Below are positions 52,243 to 64,000 of a DNA stretch of 64,000 nucleotides, in pieces. This stretch comes from an uncultured Verrucomicrobiae bacterium. GTDB lineage: Bacteria > Verrucomicrobiota > Verrucomicrobiia > Chthoniobacterales > Chthoniobacteraceae. The stretch spans positions 1,792,001 to 1,856,000 of the forward strand of contig CAWIKF010000002.1 of the NCBI GenBank assembly GCA_963836755.1, written 5' to 3'. The notes beneath the pieces are model-generated. The model worked only from the letters and a program-made list of their open reading frames with translations. It was not told where the DNA came from and searched no databases. A program made the translations under genes and the position numbers. The first letter of the stretch is position 1, and the number at the start of each line of letters is the position of its first letter.

Positions 52243-52915
52243 GTTCACTGATCGGCCGCCAGTCTGGGCCGCTTTCCTTTTCCGGAAAGCCATAGGCACG
52301 AGCACGATTCATTCGCCCGATAGCAGCGCGGATGCCGCCCTTGCCCGCGCAGTCGCGCAGATGGTCTCGGTGATGCCTGGCTTCGACGGCACGCCGCCAA
52401 ACGTGGGCTTTAACGGAGGCCCATCTGGCGCGCCCTCGAACTTCATCACAAATCCTTTCTTCGTTTGCCCCATTTTCAGGAATGGCGATGCTCCCGGCCC
52501 CTACACTTATTATGCGGGCAATGACGCCTCCGCGAGTTTGCTCGTTTACTATACGCTCGTTGCGCTTTCCGCGACCTGCTACTACGAAGCATGGTGGGAT
52601 GAGGTGACGACGTGGACCGATTCAACTGGCACTGCGCAGAGCCAGACAGTCAACCGTCACTGGGTTTCAGACGCGGAGCTTTCCGTGGGCGGCCTCTGCC
52701 TTCCCGCTGGAGTAGGATTGCCGAGCGGCGTTCCGAATGTCTCAGACGTGCATGGCGTGTGGCCGTCCAGTGACGAGTTTGCATGGCAGATGCCTTCGAG
52801 CATCGGCGGCGGTTACAACATGAGCGTGCAGGGCAACATCGCAAATTTCCGATTCACGCAACGCGCTGATTACACGCCGCCGATCGACGGCTCTGCCAAC
52901 GGCTTTCCCGCTTAA
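52229..52915 (+). CDS. tail protein
   Basis: Gly/Pro/aromatic-rich ORF in the tail operon. Confidence 0.55.
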   Translation: MLPPEFTDRPPVWAAFLFRKAIGTSTIHSPDSSADAALARAVAQMVSVMPGFDGTPPNVGFNGGPSGAPSNFITNPFFVCPIFRNGDAPGPYTYYAGNDASASLLVYYTLVALSATCYYEAWWDEVTTWTDSTGTAQSQTVNRHWVSDAELSVGGLCLPAGVGLPSGVPNVSDVHGVWPSSDEFAWQMPSSIGGGYNMSVQGNIANFRFTQRADYTPPIDGSANGFPA

Positions 52916-52953
52916 GCACCGCGCCGCACGCGTTGACATCCCGGCGCGGTTGG

Positions 52954-54312
52954 ATGCCCACGCCGACGCTCGACTGTCTCATCAATATTCGCGACCCGCA
53001 GAAAACGGGGTTGCTCGTGAACTTCAATTCCGAGGGCGTTCTCACCCAAGGTCTCGGAAACCTTTTCCGCAACGACGGCGAGCAGCTCCGTCTCCGCTTC
53101 GTCGAGCCGAGCAAAAGCGGTGTGCGGTTCTGGGATTATGTCGATGTCTCCACGGCCGCGATTCGCGTGGCAATCGGCCTCGCTGACAAAACGCCATCGG
53201 CAGGCACTTTCTTCCTCGAGTGCGGCGCCGCGCTCACCAACGGGCTTCTCACGACTGGCAAACGATACTTCATCAGCGCTTTCAACGCGGGCGATAACTT
53301 TTCAAACGTAGGTGCGGCGACAAACGCGGCCGGCGTCATTTTCATCGCGAGCGGAACTACTCCAACTGTCTGGACTCACGCCAGCTCGCTTTACGAAATC
53401 ACAGCCGATCAGGCTTTCAATGTCGCCGCCGCGGACCTGCAGACCGCGCTCAATGCGACGGCCGCGATCACGGCCGCTGGCGGTGTCACCGTCACGCTCG
53501 AGGAGACGGCGAATTACCTCGTCACTTTTAACACTCTCGCCGCGCAGGTTCTCCTGGGCTGGAACGCCGCGAACCTCACGCCGACTAGCGTCATCAGCGT
53601 TTCGCGACTGGTGACTGGCAGCGCGCAGGCGCATGAAGTCCAGCTCGTCCGGCTCATCCAGGTTCCCTACGCTTATGCCGAACCATCGACCGCGCTCGAT
53701 GCGGCGAGTGTCGCGCTCGCTGAGCTGCAGGCTGGTGCGACAAACAAGCCTGAGATTTTCCGCGCCACAATTTCGGAGAGCTATGATGGCGTTTGGACGC
53801 TGACGATCGGCGCGGACACTTTTGTTTTTCCATACAATGCCAGCCAGTCCGCAGCGCAAGCGCTCATCGGCACCGACTGGACCGTCACGCATGACGATGG
53901 GAGCTACATCTACGTTTTCACCAAGGCCGCAAATGGTGTGTTCGATTACAGCACGGTCAGCGCGAGCCCGGCCGGCTTGTTCGTAGCGATCGGCGTAAGC
54001 GGCTCTCTCGCGCTGAATACCTTCGGGATGTTCCAGGCTTTCGCAGCTGCAGGGACTGACACGCTCGCGCTCATTTATGAAATAGAGCTTCAATTCCCCG
54101 GCGAGACCCCACGCACGGTCCTGCACATTTCGGTAACTCTCACGCGTGACGTCATCGACCTCGCCACGATGATCCAGACGCCGCTGCCGAGCTACTACAC
54201 GGCCGCAGAATGCGACGCGCGTTTCGCGCCGTTGACTCTCGCGGACCAGAGCAACGGCAAGACCTACAAGCTGGTCTTCGTCAACGGTCTGCCCAGCGGA
54301 CAGGAACAGTAA
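52954..54312 (+). CDS. baseplate/tail-fibre anchoring protein
   Basis: Ala/Thr-rich beta protein; ATG 15 nt after TTGACA. Confidence 0.65.
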   Translation: MPTPTLDCLINIRDPQKTGLLVNFNSEGVLTQGLGNLFRNDGEQLRLRFVEPSKSGVRFWDYVDVSTAAIRVAIGLADKTPSAGTFFLECGAALTNGLLTTGKRYFISAFNAGDNFSNVGAATNAAGVIFIASGTTPTVWTHASSLYEITADQAFNVAAADLQTALNATAAITAAGGVTVTLEETANYLVTFNTLAAQVLLGWNAANLTPTSVISVSRLVTGSAQAHEVQLVRLIQVPYAYAEPSTALDAASVALAELQAGATNKPEIFRATISESYDGVWTLTIGADTFVFPYNASQSAAQALIGTDWTVTHDDGSYIYVFTKAANGVFDYSTVSASPAGLFVAIGVSGSLALNTFGMFQAFAAAGTDTLALIYEIELQFPGETPRTVLHISVTLTRDVIDLATMIQTPLPSYYTAAECDARFAPLTLADQSNGKTYKLVFVNGLPSGQEQ

Positions 54313-54318
54313 TTTCGC

Positions 54319-55989
54319 ATGAAAAACATCTTCGCACTTCTCACTTTCGTTTGTTTTACATCCGTCCTTCTCGCCGCGCCTGGTGACATCGTAACTCCGC
54401 AGGCTCACAGCTCCGCGCTCGACGCGGTTTCCGCAAACTCCGGCACGCTCGATCTCACCGGCACGGTGCTGAGCCTCGGAAACGCTCCCAGCGGCGACTG
54501 GGTTACTTTCGAGGGCGTCGCTGGCGACGGCAGCGGGTTGTATAACATTCTCGGTTCGTTAAGCAGCCTTACTGACCTCGACAACGAAGTTGGGAATGCG
54601 GCTAGCGAAGGCTTTATTCCGGAGATTGACGCGCCCAACTGGTCGATTAATTCGGACGGAACCGCAAACTTCGCCAATTTCGGGAACATCAGTAATACGG
54701 CGTTCAGCGGCACCGTCACGATCGGCAATGGCTCCATCACGATCGGAGCTGCAGGTCAGATTTCCGCGTTGGTGAATCCAACCAACCTCGTGCTCACGAC
54801 AGGCAGCTATTCGGATCCCGCCTGGCTGACTTTGAGCAAAACGAAAGTCGGTCTCTCGAATGTCAGCAACACGGCTTTCAGCGGCACCTATTCGGCGGGC
54901 AACGGCTCGATCACGATCGGCGCGGCCGGCCAGATTTCCGCGTTCACGAGTCCGACAAATCTCGTCATCACCAGCAACAACGGCAGCGACTTTTCCAACG
55001 TCGCGACCGTTCGAACGAATCTCAAAACTCCGTTTTCAAAGCATGTCGCGAAGTCGGCGAATTTCTCCGTCGCGGCCGCTGATTGCGGAACCGTCTTCGA
55101 CGTAACGACGAGCACGAACTCGATCGTCGTCACACTCGACACGGCCGCAAATCTCGGCACGAATTTTCAATGCTTGATCCGCAAGGTGGACGCGGCTGCC
55201 GGCACGATCGTCGCGAACTCGCAGATGGTCGCCGTCAACAACCATTGGATCGAGGTCGATAGCGATGGCACTACCATTCGCTCCAAGACGATCCAGGGCG
55301 CGATGGACTCGAGCGGGAATTTCACGCTCTCTACCGGCAACAACGGCAACATCAATTTGTCGCCGAACGGCACCGGCACGATCAACCTCAACGGTCCCGT
55401 CGCGGCGAGTGGAAACATCGTCGCAAACGGCACACACAACACCGCGCCGAACCAAGTCGGAGTCACGCCCGCAAGCAGCGACCTCATCACCACGGCGCAG
55501 CTCGATGCGCGTGCGGGCGTGTTTTACAAGCTGATCCTTTCTGCTGATCTCTCGGCTCCGAGCACGAGTTTTGTCACGTCCACCGACTCGGTTACACTTC
55601 CGGCAGGCACCTATCGTTTTTACGTCATTCTCCACGCCGACACCGCGTCGAGCACTGCGGGCATTTCGGCGCAATTAATTTGGAGCACGGAATGCAGCGG
55701 CGGCTGCTGGGTAGCGCAAAATTACACCTCTTCCTCGCAGGGAAGCACTTTCGCCGCGCTCACAGCTTCATCTATTCAAATGCGCAGCGATGTCAGTGTA
55801 GCTGCTTACATGTGCTCTCCGATCGGGGACGCTCCGATCAAGACTGCATGCGGCATTAGCCAAGGGACAGTGACGTTCGCTTCGTCGACGACTTTGCACT
55901 TTCAAGTAGGCCAGCGCAGCGCCACGGATGGCTCAAACCCGACGATCCTCCGCGCGAAATCGTTCATTGTTTTCCAGCAACTACCATGA
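54319..55989 (+). CDS. tail fibre / receptor-binding-like protein with signal-like N-terminus and an internal duplication
   Basis: Ser/Thr/Gly/Asn-rich; KTKVGLSNV motif; ~38-aa segment repeated at a 58-aa offset. Confidence 0.7.
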   Translation: MKNIFALLTFVCFTSVLLAAPGDIVTPQAHSSALDAVSANSGTLDLTGTVLSLGNAPSGDWVTFEGVAGDGSGLYNILGSLSSLTDLDNEVGNAASEGFIPEIDAPNWSINSDGTANFANFGNISNTAFSGTVTIGNGSITIGAAGQISALVNPTNLVLTTGSYSDPAWLTLSKTKVGLSNVSNTAFSGTYSAGNGSITIGAAGQISAFTSPTNLVITSNNGSDFSNVATVRTNLKTPFSKHVAKSANFSVAAADCGTVFDVTTSTNSIVVTLDTAANLGTNFQCLIRKVDAAAGTIVANSQMVAVNNHWIEVDSDGTTIRSKTIQGAMDSSGNFTLSTGNNGNINLSPNGTGTINLNGPVAASGNIVANGTHNTAPNQVGVTPASSDLITTAQLDARAGVFYKLILSADLSAPSTSFVTSTDSVTLPAGTYRFYVILHADTASSTAGISAQLIWSTECSGGCWVAQNYTSSSQGSTFAALTASSIQMRSDVSVAAYMCSPIGDAPIKTACGISQGTVTFASSTTLHFQVGQRSATDGSNPTILRAKSFIVFQQLP

Positions 55990-56426
55990 AGACCACACGA
56001 CAAATTTTCATAGCTGCGGATTGCCAGAGCGCGACTGTCTTCCAAAACGAGGACGGCATTAACCGCTCTCGCGCGGTAGCTGTCGCGGATCTGCCTGTCG
56101 AACTGCAAACCGCGTGGCCGGCGATGGTCGCGGCGCTGCAAGGCTGGGCGCCGTCGCCGCAGATAGTGGATTTCCCGATCATCATCGACTGGCTGCCGAA
56201 TGCCCACGTGAGCGGCTCGACGCCGGTCGAAGTGCCGGAGACCACGGACGCAGGCGGCACCATCATCGCCGCGCATGAAGGCACGGAGCCGACGTTTGAC
56301 GACGACTTCCTCGTGACCTTCGGATCGCACCTGCCAGACGGCGGAATCTGCGAAGGCGTGAGTCAGCATCCAGACGACGCCGGACGCGCATTTTTGCAGG
56401 CGCTCTGGGCTTTCCTGAACTCGTAA
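55986..56426 (+). CDS. hypothetical protein (fibre-chaperone position)
   Basis: ATGA-coupled to the fibre gene. Confidence 0.6.
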   Translation: MKTTRQIFIAADCQSATVFQNEDGINRSRAVAVADLPVELQTAWPAMVAALQGWAPSPQIVDFPIIIDWLPNAHVSGSTPVEVPETTDAGGTIIAAHEGTEPTFDDDFLVTFGSHLPDGGICEGVSQHPDDAGRAFLQALWAFLNS

Positions 56427-56548
56427 AAAAATGGCCGGGCGTGCGGGACAGTCACACCGGCCGGCGTTGAGGGAATCGCCACTGCCGGCTCCCTCGCGGC
56501 AGTCAAAGGTTACAGCTCAGACAAGAAGTTGACAATGCCCACGCTAGT

Positions 56549-56857
56549 GTGAGCAGCGAAGAAATCAGAGCCGCCCTCGAGGCGAATAAAACCGACGTCA
56601 CGAGATCTGTCGTGCGCGTGAATCTCACCGCATTTGTCATCATGGCGCTCTCACTCATCGGCTGGACCTACGAAGGCACCGTCTACAAGAAAGACCTGGA
56701 GAAGCGTGTCGACATAAACTCCTCGGACAGGTGGAAAGGCGCGCACCAGGTGGAATGGGCCTTCGAATGCACGATGCTCAATCCCGGCTTCAAGGCGCCC
56801 GATGTGCGCGCAATTCAGCGCAGCGTGAACGAGCAAAACGAGCAAACAACTCGTTAA
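56549..56857 (+). CDS. single-TM protein, holin/antiholin candidate
   Basis: One hydrophobic helix; lysis-module position. Confidence 0.5.
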   Translation: MSSEEIRAALEANKTDVTRSVVRVNLTAFVIMALSLIGWTYEGTVYKKDLEKRVDINSSDRWKGAHQVEWAFECTMLNPGFKAPDVRAIQRSVNEQNEQTTR

Positions 56858-56907
56858 ACAAATACAAATCACAGGCCTGCCGCACGCGTTGACATTCGGC
56901 AGCCGGG

Positions 56908-57363
56908 ATGAGGTGGATACTCGTTGCGGCCTGTTTTCTAACGTTCCGAGCGCAGGCGGAAACGCCTTACGATCCCTATTTCGCAAACGTCCGCGAAACG
57001 CTCGCACAGCTGCACGGCCGCGAGCTCGATTTCGCCCATGTCTGCGCGCTTGTCCGCGAAGGCCATTCCTTTACCTATCGCTTCACCGATCCTTACACCC
57101 CGGAAGCGCCGGAAGTGACCGCGCGCGACCGTGCCGGCGATTGCAAGGACAAGGCGCTCTGGCTCGCCAGCAAGCTCGGCGATGCGAGCGTCGTCTTCGT
57201 AATCGGTTACATCCGTCCCGCCTCGCGCATGGCGCATGCGTGGCTGCGATGGCGGGACGCCAGCGGGCTCGAATGGGTGCTCGATTGCACGAATTTTGAC
57301 TCGCCTCTTATCGCGCCGGACGGCTGGTATCGTGCCACCTATACTTACATTGCGCCGCGTTGA
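56908..57363 (+). CDS. secreted transglutaminase-like cysteine peptidase
   Basis: Signal peptide; GDCKDKA (Cys), AHAWL (His), WVLD (Asp). Confidence 0.75.
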   Translation: MRWILVAACFLTFRAQAETPYDPYFANVRETLAQLHGRELDFAHVCALVREGHSFTYRFTDPYTPEAPEVTARDRAGDCKDKALWLASKLGDASVVFVIGYIRPASRMAHAWLRWRDASGLEWVLDCTNFDSPLIAPDGWYRATYTYIAPR

Positions 57364-57378
57364 CATGCACGCGCTGGC

Positions 57379-57780
57379 ATGAACAAAGCCGCCGTCTGTC
57401 GCGTCCTCTCTCTCGTTGTCAAAGTCTGCTCACTCGTCTCCGGACTCGCGGCTTATTCGCAGATGATCCCTGCGAAATATGTGCCGATCGCCGTCCTGGC
57501 CTTCGCAGCTGCGTCGATCGTGAAGGATGCGGCGAATCGCTTCGAGGACGCGGTCAACAGACTCCCCGCGAAAGCGCTGATGCTGCTCATCGGCCTCGGC
57601 GTCGCGCTTTGTTTTACAAGTGCGTGCGCAAACGATCCCTTCGACACCGGCTTCCGCAGGCGCGTCAGCGCGGTGAACGTGAACGCCGGCGCTGAGTTCG
57701 ACCCGACCACTAAAGATGTGACCGGCACCGTCGCCACGGAATTTGTTCTGCGGGATCCTGACGCCGGACTCTCGAAGTAA
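57379..57780 (+). CDS. multi-TM protein with internal lipobox-like motif (holin/spanin candidate)
   Basis: Three hydrophobic segments; FTSAC. Confidence 0.5.
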   Translation: MNKAAVCRVLSLVVKVCSLVSGLAAYSQMIPAKYVPIAVLAFAAASIVKDAANRFEDAVNRLPAKALMLLIGLGVALCFTSACANDPFDTGFRRRVSAVNVNAGAEFDPTTKDVTGTVATEFVLRDPDAGLSK

Positions 57781-57809
57781 TCACGCGGCAACCACGGGAA
57801 CTTTTCGAG

Positions 57810-58619
57810 ATGCGCGGCATCCTGAGCCTCTGGACTCGCACGCCGCATTTCCGCATGCGGCGCGGGCCGCTGCTGATCCAGACGCTCGCGATCTGCCTCG
57901 CGAATGAATTTTTCGCTGAAACCGGCCTCGTCACCGATGCGCCTGGGCAGGCGCTTGCTGCAATCTTCGGCTGGCGTTTTTCGGATTGTTCAACCGCGCT
58001 CGAGGATTTCGCTGGCGAAGGCCTCGGGCATATCTGGGCGCTCGGAAAGCTGCACGCGTGCGCGCTGCAGGATCGGCCGTTTGTGCAATTCGATGCCGAC
58101 GCGCTGATCACGCATCTTCCCGAACGCCTGTTAAACGCTCCGTTGATTGCGCAATCGCCCGATTTTCCGGAATACTATTTAGGCTCGGACATGGAGGCTG
58201 CTTTTCGCATTGGCGAAATGGATCCGGCCCGCGGTCGCCACGTCGCGTTCAACGGTGGATTGCTCGGCGGGTGTGATGTGCCGCTGGTCCGTGCGTATGC
58301 CTGGGCAGGTCTCGATCTCGCGAAGCGATTCCGCCACTGCGCTCTGAACGGAACGACGACATCCATGTTCATTGAGCAGTATCAGCTCGCGCGATTCGCG
58401 GAGCGGGTCGGCGTCCAGGTGACGACGCTTTGTGACGATTGCGTGACCGACCCTGATTCGACGCCCGGTTACTGTCACCTGGTCGGTTCGCTGAAACATA
58501 GCGTGGAGCGCATCGCACGAGCTGAGGCGTGGCTTCAAAAAGACTTTCCGGAAGAGTATCGCCGCTTCGTTGCCGGCTGGGAATTTCTCTCGCGATCGGA
58601 AATCGCGCCATCCTCATGA
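57810..58619 (+). CDS. DUF6734-like GT-A fold protein
   Basis: WALGKL, FVQFDAD, AFNGGLLGG, IEQY, GYCHL. Confidence 0.65.
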   Translation: MRGILSLWTRTPHFRMRRGPLLIQTLAICLANEFFAETGLVTDAPGQALAAIFGWRFSDCSTALEDFAGEGLGHIWALGKLHACALQDRPFVQFDADALITHLPERLLNAPLIAQSPDFPEYYLGSDMEAAFRIGEMDPARGRHVAFNGGLLGGCDVPLVRAYAWAGLDLAKRFRHCALNGTTTSMFIEQYQLARFAERVGVQVTTLCDDCVTDPDSTPGYCHLVGSLKHSVERIARAEAWLQKDFPEEYRRFVAGWEFLSRSEIAPSS

Positions 58620-59266
58620 TCGGCGTGACGATCGGCAGCGGCAAAGTGTTTGGCAAAATGGCCGAACTCGCTGCGCGCAATTTCACGAGCTGCACCGGCC
58701 TGCCGGCACACGTCATCGGCAAAGCCGAGCAGCTCCTCCTCGGACTCGAGCGACCACACGATTTGAAATTTGAGTTGTTCAATTTGTTCCCAGGAGAAGA
58801 CGCGATCGCCTTCTTCGACGCGGATCTCATTTGGCTGAGCGACTTCGAACCGCGCGAACACTTTGGCGACGATGGGTTTGCCGCCGTGCGCGATTTGTTT
58901 AACACCGATTGGATCCTCTGCGACAGCGCGCGCGCCGGCGTCCGGCCGCAGAATTATTTCAACAGCGGTTTCTTCCTCATTGATCGCACGCGCGCTTCGA
59001 TCCTGGACGAAGCGAAGCGATTGAAAACTAGCGGCCAAATCACGACGCCATTCAAGGACCAGACTTTTTTAAACGCCGCGGCCGATCGTCTCGGCGTCGC
59101 GGTGCAGTATCTTCCGCAGCGCTTCAATTTCCACATCGATCGCGACCAAACCAAACATTTAAACAAAGTAATCGGCGCGCATTTTCACTGGCTGAAGGAC
59201 GAGCCGGATTTTGAAAGCTACTACGACGATCCGCATTGCTGGATTGACACCCCGGCGGCGGAGTGA
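58616..59266 (+). CDS. glycosyltransferase family 8-like
   Basis: FFDADL, FAAVRD, YFNSGFFLI, DQTFLN, FN…HF. Confidence 0.85.
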   Translation: MIGVTIGSGKVFGKMAELAARNFTSCTGLPAHVIGKAEQLLLGLERPHDLKFELFNLFPGEDAIAFFDADLIWLSDFEPREHFGDDGFAAVRDLFNTDWILCDSARAGVRPQNYFNSGFFLIDRTRASILDEAKRLKTSGQITTPFKDQTFLNAAADRLGVAVQYLPQRFNFHIDRDQTKHLNKVIGAHFHWLKDEPDFESYYDDPHCWIDTPAAE

Positions 59267-59721
59267 AGCTGCTCGATACAATCGAAGGTTGCCCGGTGAC
59301 CTGGGACGGCGAGGCGATTGAATTTACCGCGCGCGGCCGGATCGACGACGACGGCGCCGGCGCGCCGCATGGAGATCGCTTTCACCTGGGCGACACCTCA
59401 CTGCACCGCAACGGCGCACCTCTCAACGCCGACACCGAATTTTACATCGTGCTTCCTCCGCAAATCATTCGCGGAGTCGCTCCCATCGTCCTCGGCAGCA
59501 TGGCATGCGTCACCTATCGCGACGTCACGATGCCCGCAGTCGTCGGCGACATCGGGCCGCATCATCGCATCGGCGAAATGTCGATCGCTCTCGCTCGCGC
59601 ATTAGGAATCAATCCGGATGCGAACACAGGAGGCGACGACAAACCCGATGTGCTCTACCGCGTCTTGCCTGGCGTTCCCGCGATCGTCAACGGGATCCAA
59701 TACGAGCTGCAGCATTCGTGA
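59263..59721 (+). CDS. glycoside hydrolase family 75 (chitosanase)-like protein, endolysin candidate
   Basis: IDDDG, TSL, LNA…YIVLP, AVVGDIGP, IGEMSIALA…LG. Confidence 0.7.
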   Translation: MKLLDTIEGCPVTWDGEAIEFTARGRIDDDGAGAPHGDRFHLGDTSLHRNGAPLNADTEFYIVLPPQIIRGVAPIVLGSMACVTYRDVTMPAVVGDIGPHHRIGEMSIALARALGINPDANTGGDDKPDVLYRVLPGVPAIVNGIQYELQHS

Positions 59722-59934
59722 AAACGAAACCGCGAGCGGAAAGCGCGGCTGTAAAACAACTGTTGCGGAACTGCGTGCCGTCGAAATCGAGCCTCCGCAA
59801 AGCGATGAAAATCGCCGGAGAAAAAATTGCCTCAGCTCGTCATGAGCGCCCATAAGCGAAGAGCGGTTCAGCGTAATGGTTGCTACGATTTTGTTACTAT
59901 TACCTGCCAATTCCTCGCGAACCCTGATAGATAG

Positions 59935-60022
59935 TGGCGGATGGGGGGGGATTCGAACCCCCGTTACCTTTCGGTAAACACGCTTTCCAGGCGTGCGCAT
60001 TCGACCACTCTGCCACCCATCC
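59935..60022 (-). tRNA. tRNA-Ser (GGA), 88 nt, encoded CCA
   Basis: GGAUGGG/CCCAUCC acceptor stem, anticodon arm CACGC-CU-GGA-AA-GCGUG, long variable arm, GGUUCGAAUCC. Confidence 0.97.
59937..59960. repeat. att core within the tRNA 3' end
   Basis: Identical to 9783..9806. Confidence 0.95.
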
Positions 60023-60196
60023 CGAGCGGGTAAGTCTGCTGCATTTCCTGTTCAGCTCAAGTCCTGAATTTTGTGGGACAGAATGGCCCGCCAAGTGCGA
60101 CACCCCGTGCGTTGCCGCGTCAACACGGCGTCGAACGCTGTCTTGACGAAATGTCGTAAGCGATTGATGTCAAGGGAGTAAAGTTGTCGACCTCTT

Positions 60197-60214
60197 TTGG
60201 AACAGACCCTGCTA
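60197..60214 (+). promoter_or_regulatory. putative sigma-54 (-24/-12) promoter of dnaK
   Basis: TTGGAACAGACCCTGCTA has exact GG-N10-GC spacing, ~55 nt before the ATG. Confidence 0.55.
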
Positions 60215-60244
60215 AGCAAGGTTTTCCAAGCTGGCATTTAGTAA

Positions 60245-62215
<1,971 letters not shown>

Positions 62216-62321
62216 CTCACACTTTACGAGACTTGCCGGCCTGTGCTGATTACCAGCGCATTTTCCGGCGTCTCGCGAAACCACAACAACAAAACAAATC
62301 GGAGGAAACTAACTACCTATT

Positions 62322-62615
62322 ATGGCAGCTAACATCAGACCTCTCAGCGACCGGGTTCTCGTGAAACCGCTCGAGGAGAAAGAAGTAAAAAAAGGCGGCA
62401 TCATCATTCCTGACACGGCGAAAGAAAAGCCCCAGGAAGGTGAAGTCGTAGCGCTCGGCACGGGGAAACTCGACGAGAGCGGCAAGAAGATCGAATTCAC
62501 CGTGAAAAAAGGTGACAAGGTGCTCATCAGCAAATACGGCGGCACTGAAATCAAAATCGACGGTGACAACTATCTCATCATGCGCGAGGACGACATCCTC
62601 GGCATCCTCGGGTAA
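62322..62615 (+). CDS. groES: co-chaperonin GroES
   Basis: [26 protein letters not shown]. Confidence 0.99.
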   Translation: MAANIRPLSDRVLVKPLEEKEVKKGGIIIPDTAKEKPQEGEVVALGTGKLDESGKKIEFTVKKGDKVLISKYGGTEIKIDGDNYLIMREDDILGILG

Positions 62616-62636
62616 GTCTCCATCAACCACAACTAA

Positions 62637-64000
<1,364 letters not shown>

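Larger units (their letters stand above)
9783..59960. mobile_element. prophage (~50.2 kb, lambda-type terminase/portal/S49 head module) integrated in tRNA-Ser(GGA)
   Basis: 24-bp direct repeat at both ends, tyrosine integrase, repressor, replication, packaging, head, tail and lysis-type genes. Confidence 0.95.

Noticed and set aside
54685..54972. DGR template/variable repeat pair in the fibre gene
   Set aside because: Both copies are in frame in one CDS, differences are not adenine-specific, and no reverse transcriptase is present.
56427..56520. Possible ncRNA (GGCCGG/CCGGCC and GAGGGA/TCCCTC stems)
   Set aside because: Short GC-rich stems are expected by chance; no recognisable family.

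Overview
GC-rich bacterial chromosome segment, most likely Verrucomicrobiota (inferred from the PVC-type gene cluster, the scarcity of Shine-Dalgarno sites and the dnaK-groES-groEL order). Left host flank (1-9.7 kb): TatD-like hydrolase, a DUF1501 / PPC / DUF1549-DUF1553 / cytochrome c-WD40 cluster and a cytochrome b562-like gene. From 9783 to 59960 lies an apparently complete ~50.2 kb prophage with a lambda-type head module, inserted in the 3' end of tRNA-Ser(GGA) and bounded by a perfect 24-bp att repeat. In order it carries: integrase and repressor switch; early/replication genes with iterons; ParB plus a GREB1/TAGT-like glycosyltransferase; an accessory island (DUF2786, ligase-like, SymE, split RarA-like); a lower-GC GHKL-nuclease/Vsr/C5-MTase cassette; terminase, head and tail genes; two more glycosyltransferases; and a GH75-like hydrolase. 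Right host flank: dnaK, groES, partial groEL. The most striking unexplained structure is a (T/C)TGACA hexamer 13-16 nt before the start codon of 11 late genes with no -10 box. Others are a conserved hairpin leader on four early/accessory genes, membrane-anchor-like leaders on predicted virion proteins, and a 5-copy 12-bp repeat array between terL and the head genes. Many single-base frameshifts are present and may be assembly errors. All family calls are by-eye motif recognition; no searches were run.
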